This document shows, piece after piece, positions 23,251 through 30,621 of a DNA stretch of 32,000 nt. The stretch covers positions 1,418,270 to 1,450,269 of the forward strand of contig CP025011.1 in assembly GCA_002952755.1 (NCBI GenBank), written 5' to 3'. A program made the translations under genes and the position numbers. How positions within the stretch are numbered: the stretch's first letter is position 1; every line of letters starts with the position of its first letter. This DNA is from Candidatus Saccharimonadota bacterium. Lineage in GTDB: Bacteria > Patescibacteriota > Saccharimonadia > Saccharimonadales > UBA4665. The notes under the pieces are model-generated. The model was not told the DNA's origin. It saw only the letters and a list, made by a program, of their open reading frames with translations, and did not search any database.

Positions 23251-25154
23251 TGGCACGTAAAAAACAACTTGACCCTGTTGCATTGGCACAGGCCCAGCAG
23301 CAGCGCGAACAGCAAGAAGTGGCTGCCGCTTTCCAAAAGGGTGTCACGGCGCTGCGTGATTTTATCGCGCCAAGCTCCCTGGAATTTAATAGTAGTTATT
23401 TTCACCTCGGAACCCGTATGGCACGCACCTATTATGTATACGGCTACCCGCGCCAACTATACACCGGTTGGATGAGCAGCATGGTGAACCTCGATGAAGT
23501 AATTGATATTTCACTATTTATTTACCCGGTCGAAAGCCAGGTCGTGCTCGACAACTTGCGTAAAAAAGTCACCCAGCTGGAAGCCGGCATCCAGATCGAC
23601 TCCGAAAAAGGTCGGGTACGCGACCCGCAAAAACAGGCCGCCATCCTCGACGCCGAAGAAATGCGTGATAAGTTGCAGGTGGGCGAAGAGCGCTTCTTCC
23701 GCTTTGGTTTCTACTTTACCGTCTACGCCGGCAGTCTCGAGGAACTCGAATTTATCAGCCACAAGGTGGAATCGATGCTCGGCCAGCAACTGGTCTTTTC
23801 CAAACCGGCATCATCACAGCAAGAGCAGGGACTCAACAGTACTGTGCCGCAATTTAGTGACCAGCTACAGATCCGCCGCAACATGAGCACCGGGGCGATT
23901 AGCACTAGCTTCCCATTCACCAGCGCCGACTTAAGCCAAGACAACGGTATTCTATATGGCATTAATATGCACAATTCCGGCCTGGTGATCTTCGACCGCT
24001 TTAGCCTGGAGAATGGTAACTCGGTCGTCTTCGCCAAGTCTGGTGCCGGTAAATCGTTTACCGTCAAACTTGAGGCGTTGCGCAGCATGATGATGGGCAC
24101 CGAAATCTTCATCATCGACCCCGAAAATGAGTACGAACGGATGTGCGATGCCGTTGCTGGTTCCTATGTGCGACTCAGTCTTAACTCGGCTACGCGTATC
24201 AACCCGTTCGATCTCCCCAGGGTAGTCGACACCGAAGAGGCCGACAATGCTTTGCGCAGCAACCTCATCACCTTGCACGGTTTGTTCCGTTTAATGATGG
24301 GCGGCGCCCAAGCGCAGATGCTTGGCGGACAGCAAGTGCTGGCTCCCGCTTTGTCTCCGGTAGAGGAATCTGATCTGGATGCGGCACTCATCGAAACTTA
24401 CGCCCGCGCCGGCATCACCAACGATCCGCTCACGCATCAAGGCTACCCGCCAACGATTGCCGACCTCTACGACACACTCCTGCACATGGGCGGCACCGGC
24501 CCGCAATTAGCTCAGCGCCTGCGCAAATATACCACTGGAACATTCGCTGGCATTTTCTCGCAGCAAAGCAACATCGACATTAACAACCCGCTCGTCGTCT
24601 TTAACATCCGCGACCTCGAGGACGAGTTGCGACCAGTGGCCATGTACATCGTACTTAATTACATCTGGAACAAGACCAAAACCGACCGGCGCAAGCGTAT
24701 CCTGATCGTGGATGAGGCCTGGCAGCTCATGAAGTACGAAGATTCGGCGAACTTCCTGTTTAGCCTCGCGAAACGCGCTCGCAAATACAACCTTGGTATT
24801 ACCACCGTCACTCAAGACGTCGAAGACTTTATGGGTTCGCGCATGGGTCGCGCTGTTGTCGCTAACGCCAGCATGCAGTTCCTGCTGAAGCAATCCCCAA
24901 CTGCAGTCGACGTGCTGTCTGATGTTTTCAAGCTCACCAGCGAAGAGAAAAAACGTTTGAGCCAATTCCCGGTAGGGCAAGGCCTCTTCTTTGCCGGCCA
25001 AAACCACGTCCACATCCAGGTGGTAGCCAGCCCGACTGAAACGACACTCATTACGACTAACCCAACGCAGGTACAGCAAATCCAGTCGGGCGCGATGGAT
25101 CAAGTGCAAGGCACGATCGACCTTGCCAATCAGCTAACGCCCGGGAGCTTATAA
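23250..25154 (+). CDS. virB4: VirB4-family T4SS ATPase (middle and ATPase domains)
   Basis: LRDFIAPSSLEFNSSYFHLGTRMARTYYVYGYPRQLYTGWMSSM is the VirB4 middle block. Walker A is VFAKSGAGKSFTVK (about 24036) and Walker B is RILIVDEAWQL (about 24700). The C-terminal blocks TTVTQDVEDF and LLKQSP follow. Confidence 0.92.
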   Translation: MARKKQLDPVALAQAQQQREQQEVAAAFQKGVTALRDFIAPSSLEFNSSYFHLGTRMARTYYVYGYPRQLYTGWMSSMVNLDEVIDISLFIYPVESQVVLDNLRKKVTQLEAGIQIDSEKGRVRDPQKQAAILDAEEMRDKLQVGEERFFRFGFYFTVYAGSLEELEFISHKVESMLGQQLVFSKPASSQQEQGLNSTVPQFSDQLQIRRNMSTGAISTSFPFTSADLSQDNGILYGINMHNSGLVIFDRFSLENGNSVVFAKSGAGKSFTVKLEALRSMMMGTEIFIIDPENEYERMCDAVAGSYVRLSLNSATRINPFDLPRVVDTEEADNALRSNLITLHGLFRLMMGGAQAQMLGGQQVLAPALSPVEESDLDAALIETYARAGITNDPLTHQGYPPTIADLYDTLLHMGGTGPQLAQRLRKYTTGTFAGIFSQQSNIDINNPLVVFNIRDLEDELRPVAMYIVLNYIWNKTKTDRRKRILIVDEAWQLMKYEDSANFLFSLAKRARKYNLGITTVTQDVEDFMGSRMGRAVVANASMQFLLKQSPTAVDVLSDVFKLTSEEKKRLSQFPVGQGLFFAGQNHVHIQVVASPTETTLITTNPTQVQQIQSGAMDQVQGTIDLANQLTPGSL

Positions 25155-25165
25155 GGTCATTATCT

Positions 25166-27766
25166 ATGGCAACGTACGACGATGACCATGACGATGACCA
25201 TGACACCAAAACCGGACCCAGTGCTGACGAGCTACATAACAGCGTATATGGCTCCGGAATCGAACACCCGCTTGGTGACATGGAGACCAAGGCCTACACC
25301 GCCAGAGACCTCCGTGCCCAAGAAGAAAAGCAGATGGGTATCACACCCGGCAACCTCCCGGATCTACGCACAGATGAGGGGCCACGCGGAAGTGGAGCCC
25401 CCGACCTCGCTGCACAAGGGAGAGACGACCGCCGACGCGACGCCAAAACCGCTAAAACTGCTCAAGGTATACCAAGCACCGACCTTCGAGATGCAGAAGA
25501 GGGCGGCAATCGACGCCCCAAAGTCGACTGGCTCAACGGTGGTTTTTATAAGGGCAAGGCAGGCGACCAGCAACCCGCAGGGGGAGCGAAAAGCTTCTAT
25601 AGCCGGCATAAAAAAGCAGTCATCTTTGGCAGTCTGCTGAGCGCCGGGGCGGTTTTTTTTGTAGGTATTTTGCTCATTATCGTTCTTCTGCTTGCTCCGT
25701 TCAAAAACGTGCACTTTGCAACCGTCTTGCGCTCCGTTGGCATGGCCCGTTTTACCTATGTCATGAACAAGCAGTTCTCACGCACCATTTTTGATGCCGC
25801 CGTGCTCACCGATAACAGCACCGGCAGATTCGTACCACCAAAGGATAGTCTCTTTTACAAAGTGCTGGGCATTACACCGCAAAAAAATCTCCTGGAGCTT
25901 GGCAATCAGAATAAACTCAAATTCGACTTTACCGGTGAATCGAGATTCGGTGATAAAACCGGGGGATTGCTTGGCCGGACTAACACCTTTAATGGCGTGG
26001 TTATAGACGGAAAGGGCTATTACCTCAACGACTATGCTAAGAGGATGTATGGTGTCAATTTCGACGATCTCTCTACCGTCTCGCTTACAGGCCGGACAGA
26101 GCAAACAAGAGTTTTGTCTGCGTTTGCCAATGACGTGCAGAGCAAACTATCCGATATGCTGCAGCTTAAGACTCGCCGTTTTAGATGGGGCGTATACAAG
26201 GGGTTCTACCAAGCAACCGGCATCAAACTGATTAAATGGTATAACAGAGGAAAAGATTATAGTAACCTGAACGACGCAGAAGCTCGGGCGAAAAATGTCG
26301 ACGATACCATAAAACAGGTAGAAGGTGAGGACGCCAAAGCGCGTTCGACAGGCGTATCTGAAATAGACAACGAGGCGCAACAGGAGAGGACTGATACCAT
26401 AAACGCAACCAAGACTGGCGATACTCCTGGGCAAGTAAGAAGCAAACTGGCCAATCGTCTCCGAACGGCAAGTGACGTCTCTACGGCATTCGCTGCCGTC
26501 ACGATGGCCTGTGTGCTGCACGGCCTAGCGAACGCCTTCGACGGATCTCAACAGATGCGCGAACAAAATGTGGCACGATTCGGGGCCGAGATCCAGACTG
26601 CCGCCGATCAGCAAAAGTACGGCGACACTACTGCCCAGGCTGTGGGTGCCGAAAATGCTATGTGGACTGATGCACAGAAATCAGCCGGCTACAAAAGCGC
26701 AACTGGTCGAGCTTTGTCTTCTGACGACCAGAAGGAATTAGCAGGCGTGCCGAGCGTTCTTCCTCCCAATCAGAAATTCGCAGATATCATTAGCCTGGTC
26801 GATAAAGTCATGACCGGGGGTTTCATCACCGGCTTCATACCCGGCCTCAATCAAGTACATGATTACCTGGCAAATGTCGGATGTGACGCAGTACTTAACC
26901 CTTACTCTCAGGCTCTGATTAGTGGGGGGGAGATAGCTCTGGCAGTTTACTCGGCCGGGTCTACGGAAGGCATTGTCGCCGCGATCCGTGCGGCCATTTC
27001 ATCTGGGTTGCAGCTGGGTGGAAGCGTCGGGTTGGGGGAGCTACTGGGTTTGTTTGTAGATAATGTTATCCATAGTGTTGCCAACCTCGACTTCTCAGGT
27101 ATCCAAACAGGTTCGGCACGCTTTGATCAGGGACTTGTAGCAACCGATTACATGCAGCAGGTAGGCAATCGCCAGATTACGTTTGGCGCTCCAATGAGCG
27201 TCGATGATGCAAACGCCGCCCAGCAGCAAGCCATGGCCGACTTGCATGCCCAAAATGCGCAGCAATCGTTTACAGAGCGCTATTTTGCCATGGACAATCC
27301 ATTCTCGCTCAGCAGCAATGTAGCTGCCGTTATGCCGACGACATTTAGCGGCATGGCCGATTCGATTCGTGGCGGCATTATGTCGACCTTATCGGTCATC
27401 AGCTCGCCTCAGCGATTATTTGGAAGTATCGCAAGTGTCTTTACGTCGCATAACCACGCTTTTGCTGCAGCAACGATAAAACGCTCAGATTCGTTTGGTG
27501 TAGATGAGTGGGGTTGGACAACAGACGAACTCAGCAAAGTAGATAACGATCCGAGCTTCGACCTGACCCAGCTGATTCAAACAGTCGAACCAAACCTGGC
27601 TACACTCAACACCAAATACGGCCCATGCTACGACAGTGGTTACGTGCTCCAGACCAACAAACCCTCACAGTGCACAAGAGGTTTCCTCGCAAGCGACGAG
27701 GCGCTTCACTGGCGCTCATACATGGCGCAGACATATGCTGCGACACACTTAACAGGATCTATCTAG
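25166..27766 (+). CDS. 866-aa bitopic membrane protein: charged cytoplasmic N-tail, one TM, ~670-aa external domain; T4SS-associated, unknown
   Basis: The N-terminus MATYDDDHDDDHD is followed by an Arg/Lys/Asp-rich ~160 aa, then the TM AVIFGSLLSAGAVFFVGILLIIVLLLAPF and a large hydrophilic domain. A Gly-rich amphipathic stretch (GGEIALAVYSAGSTEGIVAAIRAAISSGLQLGGSVGLGELLGLF) and a C-terminal Cys pair are present. Confidence 0.7.
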   Translation: MATYDDDHDDDHDTKTGPSADELHNSVYGSGIEHPLGDMETKAYTARDLRAQEEKQMGITPGNLPDLRTDEGPRGSGAPDLAAQGRDDRRRDAKTAKTAQGIPSTDLRDAEEGGNRRPKVDWLNGGFYKGKAGDQQPAGGAKSFYSRHKKAVIFGSLLSAGAVFFVGILLIIVLLLAPFKNVHFATVLRSVGMARFTYVMNKQFSRTIFDAAVLTDNSTGRFVPPKDSLFYKVLGITPQKNLLELGNQNKLKFDFTGESRFGDKTGGLLGRTNTFNGVVIDGKGYYLNDYAKRMYGVNFDDLSTVSLTGRTEQTRVLSAFANDVQSKLSDMLQLKTRRFRWGVYKGFYQATGIKLIKWYNRGKDYSNLNDAEARAKNVDDTIKQVEGEDAKARSTGVSEIDNEAQQERTDTINATKTGDTPGQVRSKLANRLRTASDVSTAFAAVTMACVLHGLANAFDGSQQMREQNVARFGAEIQTAADQQKYGDTTAQAVGAENAMWTDAQKSAGYKSATGRALSSDDQKELAGVPSVLPPNQKFADIISLVDKVMTGGFITGFIPGLNQVHDYLANVGCDAVLNPYSQALISGGEIALAVYSAGSTEGIVAAIRAAISSGLQLGGSVGLGELLGLFVDNVIHSVANLDFSGIQTGSARFDQGLVATDYMQQVGNRQITFGAPMSVDDANAAQQQAMADLHAQNAQQSFTERYFAMDNPFSLSSNVAAVMPTTFSGMADSIRGGIMSTLSVISSPQRLFGSIASVFTSHNHAFAAATIKRSDSFGVDEWGWTTDELSKVDNDPSFDLTQLIQTVEPNLATLNTKYGPCYDSGYVLQTNKPSQCTRGFLASDEALHWRSYMAQTYAATHLTGSI

Positions 27767-27773
27767 GAGTAGT

Positions 27774-29300
27774 ATGATGATCGGCACCTTCCGCCAAAAG
27801 CTCACATCACTCTATAAACGCTCAGAAAGCGCACGCAGCCTTATAGGCAGCATTCTGGCCGTCCTCATTCTTTTCAGTTCGAGCAATGCGCCCGTCTTCG
27901 CCGCTTTTGCCCCACCCACAACCGAACCACAGTCGGCGCCAGCCGACGTCCAAAGCTACCATCTCGACACCGTTCTGTATAGTATTACGAACTGTAACGG
28001 AGCGGCTACAGGTGCCGATGCATCACTTACCATTAAACCGGCTTCCGGCGTATGGGTAAGTCACGTGCCGCCGCCCTATACGCTTGAACAATTCATGATC
28101 CAGGTCCTCAAAGATATTGCCGCAAAAACAGGTGCACCGGAAAGCGATGTCGTAACCGAGCAACACGTAATTGCGTTAGTTGCTTTTGCTTACGGGGAAG
28201 GTGGTAATATAACGAATCTGGACATTTGGAATCCTTTGAACACGGGGCTAAACAATCCCGACCTGGTAGATGGCTCTCATAGCTCCAGCGGACTGCAGTC
28301 ATTCAAGTCATTCGATGCCGGAGTTGAGGCGACCGCCATAACCATGACCACCCCGAACCAAGACCGCCTCGCTCAAATTCTTACGCACCAGTCTTCAACG
28401 GCTATCGATTTTATGCATACCTTAACGTATTATCAGAATTATCCGCATAACTTCGAATGGGCAAAAGCGTCTATGCCACCCCATCAGGACTCATACTATG
28501 CCGAGCGTGTACAGCTCGTGCAACAAGTTACTGCAAATTACCGCGATATTGCCAGCCTTCAACTTGGCCCGCCAGGCTATACAGAAACCACACTACCGCA
28601 TAAGCCAGAACTTTTGGTATACAACCCGAGCGGGGCTGCCACGGGCGGACCTGTCGGAACACCCGTCGGCACTCCCGTCGTAAACGCTTCCTGCGCAACA
28701 GGGACCGACCCAGGCAGTACTGCCGCCAGTGCAAATGGGCTAGGCATAGCCGCCCGGGCAATCCAGGACTCCTGGCTGACCAATGCCCAAGGCGCAACCC
28801 TAAAACCCAAGCCAGAATATAGCTCGGACATATGCCAGTACAATAAGGACTACTGCAGCGGATCTGTAGCAGGTCCCACCGCTGCGGACTGCGGTATCTT
28901 TGTAGCAACGATTATGCATGCCACAGGGTCCGACCCCCACTATCCTGGAGTAGGGACGAGCAACCAAGCTAACTATGTACTCAAGCATCCAGAGTTATAC
29001 GCAGTTGTTGCCCTCCAACTAAAGACCACCGCACCTCTACTGCCTGGCGATATCCTATTATTAAACGCTGGAAGCTATATAGATAGTAACGGAAAACTAA
29101 TCGTACCGGCGGGTGCCGGCGGTTCCGGGCATACGATGATCTGGACCGGCCCGCAGCCGTCAACCAAAACCAACGTAGCAAGCGCCTCACTGGATAGCCG
29201 GATGCCAAACCTTGGGGTTATGGACACCCCTAGCTTAAATGACGATCCCCGCGGATACTATCTGGCAGTAAGATTTAAAGGCAGTATTCAGCAGCTTTAA
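27774..29300 (+). CDS. secreted or anchored cell-wall hydrolase: unknown N-domain plus C-terminal NlpC/P60 (CHAP-like) cysteine peptidase domain
   Basis: The signal/anchor is LIGSILAVLILFSSSNAPVFAAFA. The C-terminal papain-like triad context is TAADCGIFVATIMH (Cys), LLPGDILLLN and GSGHTMIWTG (His). A GPVGTPVGTPV linker separates the domains. AGGAG lies upstream of the ATG. Confidence 0.7.
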   Translation: MMIGTFRQKLTSLYKRSESARSLIGSILAVLILFSSSNAPVFAAFAPPTTEPQSAPADVQSYHLDTVLYSITNCNGAATGADASLTIKPASGVWVSHVPPPYTLEQFMIQVLKDIAAKTGAPESDVVTEQHVIALVAFAYGEGGNITNLDIWNPLNTGLNNPDLVDGSHSSSGLQSFKSFDAGVEATAITMTTPNQDRLAQILTHQSSTAIDFMHTLTYYQNYPHNFEWAKASMPPHQDSYYAERVQLVQQVTANYRDIASLQLGPPGYTETTLPHKPELLVYNPSGAATGGPVGTPVGTPVVNASCATGTDPGSTAASANGLGIAARAIQDSWLTNAQGATLKPKPEYSSDICQYNKDYCSGSVAGPTAADCGIFVATIMHATGSDPHYPGVGTSNQANYVLKHPELYAVVALQLKTTAPLLPGDILLLNAGSYIDSNGKLIVPAGAGGSGHTMIWTGPQPSTKTNVASASLDSRMPNLGVMDTPSLNDDPRGYYLAVRFKGSIQQL

Positions 29301-29317
29301 GATGAGTAGGGGGCGCT

Positions 29318-29935
29318 ATGCAGCAACACAGTAGCAAACGAATTTTATATATAGGCGTCGGATGTCTTATTGGCGTCTTGGTCATCCTTGGTTTTGCCTT
29401 TAGCAAACGGTCTTCGGCGACCATAACCGTTGCCATTGCCCCTCAGAGTGCAACAATCACTATTAATGGGAAGAAGGGCCATAGTGGCATGAATAATGTC
29501 TCTCCTGGGCCGGTAACCGTCACTGCTGTCCATCCAGGTTTTGCCACGCTATCGCGCACTGTTATTGTACAGAAGGGCACTGACGGCTACGTAGGACTGG
29601 TGCTAACGTCAAACAGCGCAGCAACTAATAATTGGTATGAAACGCACCCTGCGGACCTTCAGGCCAGTAGCGTTATCTCGAGCAAACAGTCAGACATCAA
29701 TGCCAGTCAATCGGTAAAAAACACCCCCATCATCCAAATACTTCCGTATATTGGCCCTGGTTTTGAGTGGCGTGTCGACTACGGCGTTAACCCTTCAGAG
29801 AAGGCGGCGCAGACTCCTGCGATTTACATAAACGCACTAACGCCGCGAGGGCGGTCAGATGCCTTATTCTGGATTAAGAGTCGCGGCTACGACCTGGCAA
29901 CAATGAAGATTATTTTTACCGCTAACCCAGAGTAA
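29318..29935 (+). CDS. membrane-anchored protein with PEGA-like beta-sandwich domain
   Basis: The TM anchor is ILYIGVGCLIGVLVILGFAF. It is followed by TITVAIAPQSATITINGKKGHSGMNNVSPGPVTVTAVHPGFATLSRTVIVQKG, which resembles the PEGA pattern. Confidence 0.6.
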   Translation: MQQHSSKRILYIGVGCLIGVLVILGFAFSKRSSATITVAIAPQSATITINGKKGHSGMNNVSPGPVTVTAVHPGFATLSRTVIVQKGTDGYVGLVLTSNSAATNNWYETHPADLQASSVISSKQSDINASQSVKNTPIIQILPYIGPGFEWRVDYGVNPSEKAAQTPAIYINALTPRGRSDALFWIKSRGYDLATMKIIFTANPE

Positions 29936-29944
29936 GGAACTAGT

Positions 29945-30613
29945 ATGCCCCCACAATCACCTAATCAAGCCCAAGCACGCAATCGACGATCACTACTGCT
30001 ACTAGCAGCGGCCATCATCGTACTCGTAACCCTAGCCGTTGTCGGCATACACCTCTGGCAAACGTACGTAATTGACAAAAAAGTGACATTAGCTGCAGCC
30101 AGCGGGACAAACATCACGCTCGGCAAGATCCGCGGTACGAATAATAACAGCGTAACCATGGGAGCCATCCTCGCCCACACCAGCACAAACAAACAGGTCC
30201 GCCTTGCGCCCGGGTCGTACGCCGTAACGTTCGGTGGCGCAGACTATCAAGACCAAACAGAAGCAATCGCGGTGAGTTCTACTATGACCATCGCTACGCC
30301 CAACCTCAGCTATAGCACCGCCAAACTGCAAGATCTGCTGGCACAGCAGGCAGCCGATATCCATCCGGTGGTAACGGGCATCGCCAGCCTGTCCGGCTAC
30401 ACCATTGCGTACGAAAAACTATATGTCAGAGGTGAGTGGTATGCAGCAAAACTAACTCCCGTTGATACAAGCACCCAAGATACATTGCGCGTCATCCTGC
30501 ATAAAGAAAATGGCCGATGGCAAGTCGCCGCAAGCCCGGGCATCGTATTTTATAGCGGCGACTACCCCTCGATTCCGGTCAGCGTCATTCGCGACATCGA
30601 CAATAGCCAATAA
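29945..30613 (+). CDS. membrane-anchored protein, unknown (beta-sandwich-like N-part, possible NTF2-like C-part)
   Basis: The TM anchor is LLLLAAAIIVLVTLAVVGIHLW. It contains LAPGSYAVTFGGADYQDQTEAIAV and a C-terminal GEWYAAKLTPVDTSTQDTLRVILHKENGRWQVAASPG. AAGGA lies upstream of the ATG. Confidence 0.6.
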   Translation: MPPQSPNQAQARNRRSLLLLAAAIIVLVTLAVVGIHLWQTYVIDKKVTLAAASGTNITLGKIRGTNNNSVTMGAILAHTSTNKQVRLAPGSYAVTFGGADYQDQTEAIAVSSTMTIATPNLSYSTAKLQDLLAQQAADIHPVVTGIASLSGYTIAYEKLYVRGEWYAAKLTPVDTSTQDTLRVILHKENGRWQVAASPGIVFYSGDYPSIPVSVIRDIDNSQ

Positions 30614-30621
30614 GCACCCAT

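Noticed and set aside
25178-28680. Short tandem repeats (GACGATGACCAT x2 at 25178..25201; VGTP-coding repeat near 28650) considered as CRISPR-like or regulatory repeats.
   Set aside because: Both are in frame inside long CDSs, have only two units and lack spacers. They are coding microduplications, not arrays.
10537-28908. Long antisense or out-of-frame track ORFs inside large genes (for example 10537..10893, 11407..11760, 13222..13593, 19540..20025, 21294..21608, 23723..24115, 24507..25109, 25364..25714, 26147..26521, 28528..28908).
   Set aside because: Each is fully embedded in a longer ORF with clear protein-family motifs or coherent membrane architecture. Their translations are low-complexity or Arg/Ser/Cys-rich shadow frames with no motifs.
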